Assembly (NCBI GenBank): GCA_019116585.1
Contig: DXBJ01000013.1
Coordinates: forward strand, 5,799 to 69,798
DNA: 64,000 nucleotides
From: Candidatus Faecalibacterium gallistercoris
Lineage (GTDB): Bacteria > Bacillota > Clostridia > Oscillospirales > Ruminococcaceae
Reading direction: 5' to 3'
The position numbers and the translations under genes are program-made. Positions 7,769-16,187 of this stretch are shown in pieces. The notes under the pieces are model-generated. The model was not told the DNA's origin, did no database searches, and worked only from the letters and a program-made list of their open reading frames with translations. How positions within the stretch are numbered: position 1 is the first letter of the stretch; the number at the start of each line of letters is the position of its first letter.

Positions 7769-7815
7769 TTGCACATTTGTATATTTTTTGTGAAAAAGAA
7801 TAACGGCGGCCGCCG

Positions 7816-7860
7816 CAAAAAAACGAACCGCCCCCATTGCCGGAAAGCAGCGGGGGCGGC
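7816..7860 (-). terminator. Intrinsic terminator after marR
   Basis: Minus strand reads CCGCCCCCGCTGCTTTCCGGCAATGGGGGCGG followed by TTCGTTTTTTT. Confidence 0.65.
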
Positions 7861-7897
7861 TGTACTGTTTTGGGTGGGGTTGGCGAATGGATACGCC

Positions 7898-8398
7898 TCA
7901 GCCCTGCGGTTCGGCATGGCCGGCGGCAGGGCCCGCCTTGTCGGGGGCGGCCTTGCGGGGCGGCAGCTGCAGCTCGGGCATCAACTCGTTGTTGATGACG
8001 GTGAGCATTTCTTCCAGTTTGTTCACGTCCTCGGGCGAAAAGCGCTCGCGCACGCGCTCGATGACGGTGTGCAGGTAAGAATAGCTGATGCTGTAGTAGT
8101 CAATATACTTTTGGGTGGGGCGCAGATGATATTCCCGCCGGTCGGTGGTGGACTGGATCTTTTCCACATAGCCCTTGCGGACCAGGCTGCCGATCTTGTA
8201 GGCAGCGTTGGGTGTCGAGATCTGCATCATGCGGGAGAACTCGGCGATGGTGGGCTCGCCCAGCGCCATGATGCCCTCCATGCAGAAGGACTCGACGGTG
8301 GTCAGCGTGGCCTCCCGCGTGGCGAACCTGTGGAACACTTTCTGGTAAAAATGCAGTTTGAACTTGGTGTAGACAGACTGGAACGCATCCTCCAGCAT
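7898..8398 (-). CDS. MarR family transcriptional regulator
   Basis: Winged-helix core ...GEPTIAEFSRMMQISTPNAAYKIGSLVRKGYVEKIQSTTDRREYHLRPT...; 166 aa. Confidence 0.75.
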   Translation of the reverse strand: MLEDAFQSVYTKFKLHFYQKVFHRFATREATLTTVESFCMEGIMALGEPTIAEFSRMMQISTPNAAYKIGSLVRKGYVEKIQSTTDRREYHLRPTQKYIDYYSISYSYLHTVIERVRERFSPEDVNKLEEMLTVINNELMPELQLPPRKAAPDKAGPAAGHAEPQG

Positions 8399-8510
8399 GG
8401 GCTCTCCCCCTTTCTGAGTAGGTCTACTGGTTGTATTATATCACAACTTTGAACAAAGGGAAAGCCCTTCCCGGCAGAAAGTGCGTTTATTGGACAAAAT
8501 CCGGCCTTTT

Positions 8511-9554
8511 TCAGGCCGCAAAGCCGGTGGTGGCGGGGCTGCCCTCGTAGGTAGCGCCGTCGGCGCGGTAGTAGCGGGTCTGGGCCGAGCCGTCCTCGAG
8601 GGTGTAGACCACCCGGTAGACCTGGCCTTCTTCCACCGGGTTCAGGTAGTTGCTGCAGGGCAGGACCTCGCCGGTGGCGGGCAGGGCCCGGGCCGCCTCA
8701 TAAGCCCCCTCCACCAGCCAGAAAGCCCGGGACCGGTACCCCGGCGCCAGGCCGGTCAGGTCCTGTTCGCCCAGGCAGACGGCGGTGTAGTCCACGCCGC
8801 CCAGCGCCACCAGCTCGATATCCCCGGCCCGGGTGTAGCTGACGCCGGCGGACAGGTTGCGGGCCTGCAGGGCCGCGCCGTACTGCTGGCGCAGCTGGCC
8901 CGCCATACAGGGCACCGTGCCGGTGTTGTAATCCATGGCATACAGGTTGGAGTGGGCCGACCCGGTGATGACCATGACGCTGGCCCCCATGGGCAGAGAC
9001 TCAAAGATGCGGGCCAGATTTTCGGCCATGATGTTTTCCCGGTAGACGTCGTCGCCGGTCTTGTAATACTGCTTGCCCTGCTCGATCACCCGCTGGGCCT
9101 CGTCCCAGTCGGCCGAGCCTATCTGCCCGGTCAGCGCCAGGCCGATCAGGTAGCGGGTGCCGGTGGTGTTGTACTGGTGGCCCACGTCAAACCCGTGAAA
9201 GACCGTCTCGGGGTATTGTTCCTTGATGGACTTGTAAAAATCCCAGATTTTCTGGTCGTGCATGAGGGTACCTTCCAAATCCTCAAACAGGCGGCTGAGG
9301 ATGGCGTCGTCCTCCGCCTTCATCCACAGGTTCATGAACTGGGCCGTGTAGGAGGGCACCTCGATCAAAAGGTCCCGCATCCCCAGCTCATGGTAATACC
9401 CGTCCCAGGCGGCCAGCTCCTGCTCGAGGCAGGCGGGGTCGGCGTGGGTCTCGCCGTACAGATAGATGCGGCCGGTCTGGGCCGCCGCCGCGCCGGGCGC
9501 GGCCAGCGCCAGCATCAGCACCAGCGCCGCGAACAAACTTGCCAGCTTTTTCAT
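8511..9554 (-). CDS. Secreted hypothetical protein, possibly Tiki/ChaN-superfamily-like
   Basis: Signal peptide MKKLASLFAALVLMLALAAPGAAAA. Early LYGETHAD motif resembles the GxxH motif of ChaN/Tiki/erythromycin-esterase-like folds. The family call is tentative. Confidence 0.4.
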   Translation of the reverse strand: MKKLASLFAALVLMLALAAPGAAAAQTGRIYLYGETHADPACLEQELAAWDGYYHELGMRDLLIEVPSYTAQFMNLWMKAEDDAILSRLFEDLEGTLMHDQKIWDFYKSIKEQYPETVFHGFDVGHQYNTTGTRYLIGLALTGQIGSADWDEAQRVIEQGKQYYKTGDDVYRENIMAENLARIFESLPMGASVMVITGSAHSNLYAMDYNTGTVPCMAGQLRQQYGAALQARNLSAGVSYTRAGDIELVALGGVDYTAVCLGEQDLTGLAPGYRSRAFWLVEGAYEAARALPATGEVLPCSNYLNPVEEGQVYRVVYTLEDGSAQTRYYRADGATYEGSPATTGFAA

Positions 9555-9587
9555 GGGGGACCTCCTTTTCTGTTGTGTGTCTGCCGT

Positions 9588-9794
9588 TTATTCTTCCACG
9601 GTGAAGCCCGCCGTCACCGGCGTCCTGCCCTGCTCCGGGTCGTCCGCACGGTAATAGCGGCGCTCCACCGTTCCGTCCTGCAAAGTCGTGTCGATGCGGA
9701 ACACCTCGCCCTTTTTCCTTCCTTCTTCTATTGGAAAACCCTCCCCGGCCGCATGAAGGGCCGGCGGGCGGGGCAAGCTAACCCATACCGTCAA
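9588..9794 (-). pseudogene. Remnant of a paralogous C-terminal domain (no signal peptide or N-domain)
   Basis: The ORF tail ...EVFRIDTTLQDGTVERRYYRADDPEQGRTPVTAGFTVEE parallels the C-terminus of the 8511-9554 product (...QVYRVVYTLEDGSAQTRYYRADGATYEGSPATTGFAA). Confidence 0.4.
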
Positions 9795-10000
9795 GCGAAA
9801 GGGGGCGTGTCGCCGCGCCGGATTACAGAGAGCTTTACCTTGAGATGTTCCGCGCCAGCGAAGCGGCCATCCGGCTGCTGACCGAGGCGCAGGCCCGCGC
9901 CGAGGAGGCGTATCTGGCGGCCGAACCGCCGCCCCTGGCCCTGCCCGGCCGGGAAGAGCCGCCCCTCCCCAAGGGCGGCCCGCCCTGCTGAGGCCAGCGG

Positions 10001-10387
10001 TCAGCCCCGCTTGGCCTCGGCTTTGGCAAGGAACTTCGCGTCGTTGATGATGACCCGCTCGTGGACGCCCTGGCCCACCGGGCCTTTCTCGTCCCGCATG
10101 GCGACGGTGAAGGTCAGCTTGCGGCCTTCTACCGCGATCAGCTCGCTGTCACAGATGACGTGCATCCCCACCGGGGTGGGGGCGGTGTGCTCCAGCGAGA
10201 GTTTGGCGCCCACCGTGCTGCAGCCCGGCTCCAGTTCGGGGGCCACGCTCCGCCAGCAGGCTTCCTCCGCCAGGGCGGCCAGGGCCGGGGTGGCGAATAC
10301 CTCCAAAGTGCCGCTGCCCATGGCGCGGGCGGTGTTTTCGGCGGTGACGGCCGCAGCGGCCTGGCCGCGGATACCAGCTTCCAGCAT
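10001..10387 (-). CDS. Hotdog-fold thioesterase family protein
   Basis: About 128 aa from MLEAGIRGQ... Has the GSGTLEVFATPALAALAEEA and LEHTAPTPVG pattern of small thioesterases. GGAGGAA RBS is 6 nt before ATG 10387. Confidence 0.6.
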   Translation of the reverse strand: MLEAGIRGQAAAAVTAENTARAMGSGTLEVFATPALAALAEEACWRSVAPELEPGCSTVGAKLSLEHTAPTPVGMHVICDSELIAVEGRKLTFTVAMRDEKGPVGQGVHERVIINDAKFLAKAEAKRG

Positions 10388-10539
10388 AATCATTTCCTCC
10401 TTGATGGGGGCCGTGCTCTGGCGCGGCCTCTGTTTTTTATAGCATAGCACATTTTGCGGCCCATTGCATCCCTTTTGGGCAGAAAAGCAGGGGAGAAAAA
10501 GTTTGTTTCATCTTACCGAAAATTTTTTCAAACTCCCTC

Positions 10540-10595
10540 TTGACTTTGGCGCACCGGGTGTTATAATGAACACATGAACAAACATTCATATGTTA
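10540..10595 (+). promoter_or_regulatory. Sigma-70-type promoter plus ArsR/SmtB-type operator
   Basis: TTGACT (10540-10545), 16-nt spacer, TGTTATAAT extended -10 (10559-10567). Immediately followed by ATGAACACATGAACAAACATTCATATGTT, containing a TGAACA-NN-CATTCA imperfect inverted repeat (12-2-12 type). Confidence 0.6.
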
Positions 10596-10619
10596 CCCAC
10601 CCAACAAGGAGGTTCAACG

Positions 10620-10946
10620 ATGGAGCCAATGGCACAGGCCCCCCAGGCCACCCCCGCCGATATGCCCGACGATGAGATCCTGTACGAGCTGGCGGACCTG
10701 TTCCGTGTGTTCGGCGATTCGACCCGGATCAAGATCCTCTACGCCCTCCACGACCAGGAGCTGTGCGTCCAGGACATTGCCTCCCAGGTCGGGCTGAGCC
10801 AGTCCGCCGTCAGCCACCAGCTGCGGGTGCTGAAGGACTCCAAGCTGGTGCGGTTCCGCCGGGATGGCAAGACCGTCTACTACGCGCTGGACGACGACCA
10901 TGTACGCAGCATCCTCTCGCTGGGGATGGAGCATATCGAAGAATGA
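10620..10946 (+). CDS. ArsR/SmtB family metalloregulator
   Basis: LADLFRVFGDSTRIKILYAL...ELCVQDIA...SQSAVSHQLRVLKDSKLV HTH signature. AAGGAGG RBS before ATG 10620. Confidence 0.85.
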   Translation: MEPMAQAPQATPADMPDDEILYELADLFRVFGDSTRIKILYALHDQELCVQDIASQVGLSQSAVSHQLRVLKDSKLVRFRRDGKTVYYALDDDHVRSILSLGMEHIEE

Positions 10947-10971
10947 CACAGCCAGAAAGGACCGGTACATC

Positions 10972-11193
10972 ATGAAAAAGACCTACAAGATCGACGTGGA
11001 CTGCGCCAACTGCGCCAACAAGATGGAGGCCGCCGCTCAAAAGACCCCCGGCGTCAAAAACGCCACCGTCAACTTTATGACCCTGAAAATGAGCGTGGAG
11101 TTTGAAGAGGGCCAGGACCACAAGGCCGTGATGCAGCAGGTCTACGCCAACTGCAAAAAGGTGGAGGACGACTGCGAGATCTTCGGCATCTGA
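10972..11193 (+). CDS. Stand-alone heavy-metal-associated (HMA) domain protein
   Basis: 73 aa, MKKTYKIDVDCANCANKMEAAAQ..., with a CxxC metal-binding motif in a ferredoxin-like HMA layout. Confidence 0.7.
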   Translation: MKKTYKIDVDCANCANKMEAAAQKTPGVKNATVNFMTLKMSVEFEEGQDHKAVMQQVYANCKKVEDDCEIFGI

Positions 11194-11328
11194 CCATTTT
11201 CAGCCCGCTGCGGCTCCTGTTTCTGCCGCAGGCGGCGGCTCCGCTTCGCCGTCCTGTGTGTCCCGCCCGGACGCACAGGCCGTCCGGCCGGGGGCTTTTG
11301 ACCGTTTTAGCCGGGGCCTCCGGCCCGA

Positions 11329-11521
11329 TTTTCCACACCGCGGACCCGTGGAAAGCTGTTGGGTTTTCAACTTTTTCCACGGGTTTTTCCACCGCTTTTG
11401 CGGAAAAGTCCAAAATTTACATGGAAAAGCCCTTTTTATCCCCCTAAAAACGGGGGAAAACGGGTGGAAACTGTGGAGAAACCCCGCATCCGCCCGAAAC
11501 CATGTGGAAAACACACCCCAC
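11329..11521. promoter_or_regulatory. Ectopic DnaA-box cluster (about 9 box-like 9-mers in 193 bp)
   Basis: TTTTCCACA 11329; CGTGGAAAG 11347; TTTTCCACG 11373; TTTTCCACC 11385; ATGGAAAAG 11421; TTATCCCCC 11437; GGTGGAAAC 11463; TGTGGAGAA 11472; TGTGGAAAA 11513. This is the same motif family that fills the dnaA-dnaN spacer. Confidence 0.55.
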
Positions 11522-11547
11522 TTGCCCATAAGAAGGAGGCGTCTGCC

Positions 11548-13461
11548 ATGAATCCCAAGCAAAAAAAGATGCTTTACCGCATCCTGATCGCGGCGGCCCT
11601 GCTGGTTTTGATCCAGCTGCTGCCTCTCACCGGCCTGCTGGCGCTGGCGCCGGTGCCCATGGTCCTGCTGTACCTGATCCCCTACTTTGTGGTGGGCTGG
11701 GACGTGCTGCGCAAAGCCGCCCTGGGCGTGAAAAACCGGCAGCCCTTCGACGAGTGCTTCCTGATGGCGGTGGCCACAGTGGGCGCCTTTGCCCTGGGGG
11801 AGTTTGCCGAGGGGTGCGCCGTCATCCTGTTCTACCAGATCGGCGAGCTGTTCCAGAGCGTGGCGGTGGGCAAGAGCCGCCGCAGCATCGCCGCGCTGAT
11901 GGACATCCGCCCCGACTACGCCAACCTGGAGCAGCCCGACGGCTCCTTTGAGCAGGTGGACCCCGACGAGGTGGAAGTGGGCTCGGTCATCGTCGTGGAG
12001 CCGGGGGAGCGGGTGCCCATCGACGGCGTCATCCTGGAAGGCGCCTCCACCCTGAACACCGCCGCCCTCACCGGCGAAAGCCTGCCCCGGGACGCCCGTG
12101 CCGGGGATGAGATCATCAGCGGCTGCGTGAACATCAGCGGCCTGCTGCGGGTCCGCACCACCAAGGAGTTTGGGGAGTCCACCGTCTCCCGCATCCTGGA
12201 CCTGGTGGAAAATTCCAGCATGAAAAAAGCCCGGGCCGAAAACTTCATCACCCGGTTTGCCCGGGTGTACACCCCGGCGGTCTGCTACAGCGCCCTGGCG
12301 CTGGCCCTGCTGCCCCCCCTGGTCCTGCTGCTGCTGGGCCGGCCCGCCGCCTTTGGCGACTGGGTCTACCGCGCCCTGACCTTCCTGGTCATCAGCTGCC
12401 CCTGCGCCCTGGTCATCTCGATCCCCCTCAGCTTTTTCGGGGGCATCGGCGGGGCCAGCACCTGCGGCATCCTGGTCAAGGGCTCTACCTATCTGGAAGA
12501 GCTGTCCCGCACCGGCATCGTGGTCTTTGACAAGACCGGCACCCTGACCCAGGGCGTCTTTGAGGTGACCGGCGTGTATCCTGCGGGCGGGGTGGACGCC
12601 GCCGCCCTGCTGGAGACGGCGGCCCTGGCCGAAAGCTATTCCAAACACCCCATCTCCCAAAGCCTGAAAAAAGCCTGCGGCAAAGAGCTGGACCCCGCCC
12701 GGGTGGACAAGGTGGAGGAGCTGGGCGGCTACGGCATCACCGCCCAGGTGGACGGCCGGCCCGCCGCGGTGGGCAACGCCCGCCTGATGGCAAAGCTGGG
12801 GCTGGCCGTGCCCGCCGCCAGCCAGCCCGGCACCCTGGTGTATGTGGCCATCGACGGCGCCTACGCCGGCTATATCCTGATCTCGGACGTGGTCAAGCCC
12901 ACCGCCGCCCAGGCCATTGCCGGCCTCAAGCGGGCGGGGGTCCGCCGCACCGTCATGCTCACCGGCGACGCCGAGCCGGTGGCCAAAGCGGTGGCCGCCC
13001 AGCTGGGCATCGGCGAGTACCGCGCCGGCCTGCTGCCGGAGGACAAGGTCGCCCAGGTGGAGGCCCTGCTGGACGAAAAACAGCCCAAAGAAAACCTGGC
13101 CTTTGTGGGGGACGGCATCAACGACGCCCCCGTCCTCTCCCGGGCTGACATCGGCATCGCCATGGGCGCCCTGGGCTCGGACGCCGCCATCGAGGCCGCC
13201 GACATCGTCCTGATGGACGACGACCCCGCCCGCATCGCCCTGGCCATGGATATTTCCCGCCGGACCGTCCGCATCGTCTACCAGAACATCGTCTTTGCCC
13301 TGGCCATCAAGGCGGCCTGCCTGGCCCTGGGCGCTCTGGGCCTGGCGGGGATGTGGCTGGCCATCTTTGCCGACGTGGGCGTGATGGTGCTGGCCGTCCT
13401 CAACGCCACCCGCGCCCTGTACACCCGGGACCTGGTCCGCCGCAACGGCCTGGACAAATGA
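11548..13461 (+). CDS. Heavy-metal-translocating P1B-type ATPase (Cd/Zn/Co-type), lacking an N-terminal HMA domain
   Basis: CPC (ISCPCALVIS), DKTGTLT and GDGINDAP motifs. AAGGAGG RBS before ATG 11548; the ORF-track start at 11359 runs through the box cluster and is unlikely. Confidence 0.9.
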   Translation: MNPKQKKMLYRILIAAALLVLIQLLPLTGLLALAPVPMVLLYLIPYFVVGWDVLRKAALGVKNRQPFDECFLMAVATVGAFALGEFAEGCAVILFYQIGELFQSVAVGKSRRSIAALMDIRPDYANLEQPDGSFEQVDPDEVEVGSVIVVEPGERVPIDGVILEGASTLNTAALTGESLPRDARAGDEIISGCVNISGLLRVRTTKEFGESTVSRILDLVENSSMKKARAENFITRFARVYTPAVCYSALALALLPPLVLLLLGRPAAFGDWVYRALTFLVISCPCALVISIPLSFFGGIGGASTCGILVKGSTYLEELSRTGIVVFDKTGTLTQGVFEVTGVYPAGGVDAAALLETAALAESYSKHPISQSLKKACGKELDPARVDKVEELGGYGITAQVDGRPAAVGNARLMAKLGLAVPAASQPGTLVYVAIDGAYAGYILISDVVKPTAAQAIAGLKRAGVRRTVMLTGDAEPVAKAVAAQLGIGEYRAGLLPEDKVAQVEALLDEKQPKENLAFVGDGINDAPVLSRADIGIAMGALGSDAAIEAADIVLMDDDPARIALAMDISRRTVRIVYQNIVFALAIKAACLALGALGLAGMWLAIFADVGVMVLAVLNATRALYTRDLVRRNGLDK

Positions 13462-13478
13462 CCCTCTTTTGATGCAAA

Positions 13479-13518
13479 AACATCCGCCCTGGAGTCTGCC
13501 GGGGCGGATGTTTCGTTT
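13479..13518. terminator. Bidirectional terminator between the ATPase and eamA-like genes
   Basis: AAAACATCCGCCC ... GGGCGGATGTTT stem with flanking A and T runs. Confidence 0.65.
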
Positions 13519-13930
13519 ATAAGACCATGAACAGGGTGCCCGCCGCGATCAGCCCGCAGCCGATCAGGTTTTTGGAGGTGACGGGCTCGTGCAGGATCAA
13601 AAAGGCCAGCGCCAGGGTGATGACCACGCTCAGCTTGTCCACCGGCACCACCTTGGACGCATCCCCGATCTGCAAAGCGTAATAATAGCACAGCCAGGAC
13701 GCTCCCGTCGCCAGCCCGGACAAGATCAGGAACAGCCAGCTGCGGGGGCCGATGTCCTTCACGCCGCCCTGGGTGCCGGTCAAAAACACCATCCCCCAGG
13801 ACATCGCCAGCACCACCGCCGTCCGTATGGCGGTGGCCAGGGTGGAGTTGACCCCCTCGATGCCGATCTTGGCCAGAATGGAAGTCAGCGCCGCGAACAC
13901 CGCCGACCCCAGCGCAAAAACGAACCACAT
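13517..13930 (-). CDS. Small EamA/DMT-superfamily transporter (single EamA domain)
   Basis: 137 aa with about 5 TM segments. Pattern MWFVFALGSAVFAALTSILAKIG...PVDKLSVVITLALAFLILHE. Confidence 0.7.
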   Translation of the reverse strand: MWFVFALGSAVFAALTSILAKIGIEGVNSTLATAIRTAVVLAMSWGMVFLTGTQGGVKDIGPRSWLFLILSGLATGASWLCYYYALQIGDASKVVPVDKLSVVITLALAFLILHEPVTSKNLIGCGLIAAGTLFMVL

Positions 13931-14005
13931 GGCAATACGCCTCCTTTTCCCTCATCATAGCACGCCGGCAGGGCGGTGGCAAGAGGCAATATGCCCAGCA
14001 ACAAG

Positions 14006-14290
14006 CAATGCGGGGGCCGGCTTCCGCCAGCCCCCGCAGAGGGACCCTATCTTTCGTGACGCAAAGTTCTTTTGTTTTGGTGCGATCAACAACAGAAGGA
14101 ACATTGGTTGGATATTCCTTTTTGCTGTCACATCGGATGGGTGTGTACCCGGGCCCATAGGCGGTCTCAGGGCCTACAGACCCCTCACATCAAACACAGC
14201 ATGGTGCTCTGTGTCTGTTATAAGTAAAAGTGTCCTTACAGATTGACTTCAACCTCAGTCGGAGTGCGATCAATCGTGTAAACGAGGCAA
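14006..14290 (-). ncRNA. Unclassified structured RNA-like element, copy B (paralog of 6549-6787)
   Basis: Core 14038-14101 is near-identical to copy A. Hairpins at 14010-14037 (12 bp, GGAA loop), 14152-14182 and 14191-14217 covary with copy A. Has an extra ~55-nt insertion near its 5' end. Lies ~75 nt upstream of eamA on the same strand. Confidence 0.6.
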
Positions 14291-14425
14291 ACTTTGTGGT
14301 AAGATGAAGTTTTTTCTGCTTTGCCTTACAAAAACTTTGCCTGAATGAACGCAGGTACGCTTGGCTCCCCCCGCGGGGGAGCTGGCACAGGGTGCGCAAG
14401 CGCCCTGTGACTGAGAGGGGCTCCA

Positions 14426-14454
14426 ACAAAAAAGCGCCCGCTTGCGCGGGCGCC
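14426..14454 (-). terminator. Intrinsic terminator ending the hydrolase operon
   Basis: Minus strand reads GCGCCCGCGCAAGCGGGCGC followed by TTTTTTG. Confidence 0.7.
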
Positions 14455-14487
14455 TGGTGCAGACCATCGCTTTTTGTATGTCTTTTT

Positions 14488-16173
14488 TTACGCCTGTGCC
14501 TTGATCTCCGTCTCGATCACGGTGTGCCCTTCGGGGATGGCATAGCGGACGGCAGGGATGCAGACATTGGGGCTGTAGAGGCTGACGTTGGGGTCGCACT
14601 TGATGACGGCGCCTTCGCCCTGGCCCGATACGGTGCAGGACACCGCGGCATTGCGGGCGGTGGCGGTGCCGGCGGCTGTGGACTCCACATAGCCGGGGGC
14701 AAAGCTGGGCACCGCAAAGCCGCAGTCGTAGGCCTCGCAGCGGAAGGCGCTGTCGATCTCGTGGCGGCGGAGGTGGCCGTCCCCGGTGGGCAGGATAGTG
14801 GTGGTCACCGTGATGCCGGGGAAGGGGGACCACTTGCTGACCACCCGGTCGGCCCGGATCTCGTGGGAGAGGGACACCTTGCGGACAAAGACGTTGTCGT
14901 CGATGACAAAGGCCAGCATACTGTCGGGGGCGGCCTGCCAGATCACCTCCCGGCTGCGGGAGGCGCAGAACCCGAAGCGGGTGTCGTAGGCAAACTTGGC
15001 GTATTTTTCGGGGAACTGGCCGTGGCCGTGGCCCTCGTTGACGCCGGCGGCGTAGGCCGTCACCCGGCCCTTGCGGCGGGCCACCAGCATGTTCGCATGG
15101 GGCATGGGCTTGAGGGCGTCCAGAGCGGGCATGGGCTCAGCCTGGGCGGCCCAGAAGGGGTGATCGTCGGGCAGGGCCAGCAGGATAAAGCTCTTCATCC
15201 CCCAATAGGGGCTGCCCGGGGCGTTGTACCGCTCGGCCATGTACATCTGGGGATAGCAGTAGCCAATGGTCAGGATGCCGTCCCGGTCGAAGATCTTCTG
15301 CTCCAGCCACCAGTGGAAGTTGCGGACGATCAGCCCTTTCATCACCCCCAGGGGGAAGGGCTCCAGCCCGGCCCAGACGCAGGCGGCCCAGAAACAGTTC
15401 TGGGCAAAGCGGTAGGTCAGGCTGCGGCCGTAGGGCAGGGCGGCGCCGTTTTCGTCAAACCAGTAGATGAACTGCCGGGCAAACAGCTCGGCCCGGCTGC
15501 GGTAGAGGGCGGCCCGCTCCGGGTCGCTGTCCGCCGCAAAGGCGGCGTACAGCACCCCGTAGTACTGGATGGCCCAGGGGATGTAATAGTCCTTCTGGGG
15601 GCTGGCGCCGTCGGTGGACCAGCCGTCCCCGCTGTAGTAGCTGTCGATGCGCGCAAGGCCACGGGCCATGTTTTCGGCATCGTAGGGCATCCCGCACTTT
15701 TTCAGAGCCAGGTTGACCAGGATCATAAAGAACTGCCAGTTGCACTCGGGGATCTGGTGGTGGTTGATCTGGTCCAGCCAGCGGGCCAGGTTCTGCTTTT
15801 CTGCGCCGGACAGGGGGTCCCACAGCTTGTCGGGGGCGTTCAGCAGGCCGCAGGCGATGGCGGCCATCTCCACAAAGCACTGGTCGTAGTCCTTGCAGCT
15901 GCCCCAGTATTCGGGGTTTTCGGGGTCGGAGCCGGCGGCCAGGCCCCGGCGGTACATGGCTTCAAACTCCGGGTCGGAGCCGCCCCCCATCCAGAAGGGG
16001 ACCAGCGCCCAGAGGGGCCGGCTGAAGGCTTCCAGCTCGATGGCGGCCTGGCCGTAGGTCACGCCGGTGTCCCCCAGGTGGAGCCGGGCCCCGCCCGCCG
16101 AGTAATAGGGCTTGAGAGGGTCGAGAAACAGGTGCATCAGGGCCTGAAAGTCCTGTTTGGTGGAAAGCTGCAT
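14488..16173 (-). CDS. DUF2264 domain-containing protein
   Basis: 561 aa. Conserved stretches such as ...RIDSYYSGDGWSTDG...YYIPWAIQYYG...LPYGRSLTYRFA... are typical of DUF2264 proteins found in uronate/GAG loci. Confidence 0.65.
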   Translation of the reverse strand: MQLSTKQDFQALMHLFLDPLKPYYSAGGARLHLGDTGVTYGQAAIELEAFSRPLWALVPFWMGGGSDPEFEAMYRRGLAAGSDPENPEYWGSCKDYDQCFVEMAAIACGLLNAPDKLWDPLSGAEKQNLARWLDQINHHQIPECNWQFFMILVNLALKKCGMPYDAENMARGLARIDSYYSGDGWSTDGASPQKDYYIPWAIQYYGVLYAAFAADSDPERAALYRSRAELFARQFIYWFDENGAALPYGRSLTYRFAQNCFWAACVWAGLEPFPLGVMKGLIVRNFHWWLEQKIFDRDGILTIGYCYPQMYMAERYNAPGSPYWGMKSFILLALPDDHPFWAAQAEPMPALDALKPMPHANMLVARRKGRVTAYAAGVNEGHGHGQFPEKYAKFAYDTRFGFCASRSREVIWQAAPDSMLAFVIDDNVFVRKVSLSHEIRADRVVSKWSPFPGITVTTTILPTGDGHLRRHEIDSAFRCEAYDCGFAVPSFAPGYVESTAAGTATARNAAVSCTVSGQGEGAVIKCDPNVSLYSPNVCIPAVRYAIPEGHTVIETEIKAQA

Positions 16174-16187
16174 GGCAAATTCCTCTT

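Noticed and set aside
7438-7917. 159-aa minus-strand ORF spanning the marR-lipoprotein intergenic region
   Set aside because: It runs through two intrinsic terminators and the lipoprotein promoter. It has low-complexity basic composition and no RBS.
9845-9991. Small plus-strand ORF MFRASEAAIRLLTEAQARAEEAYLAAEPPPLALPGREEPPLPKGGPPC
   Set aside because: It is short and low complexity, with no RBS and no recognisable domain. It may be a decayed gene remnant, but evidence is insufficient to annotate it.
11329-11521. CRISPR array or generic tandem repeat interpretation of the TTTTCCAC-rich spacer
   Set aside because: Repeats are only 8-9 nt, occur in both orientations with irregular spacing, and match the motif clustered at dnaA-dnaN. 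No cas genes are present and there is no repeat-spacer periodicity.
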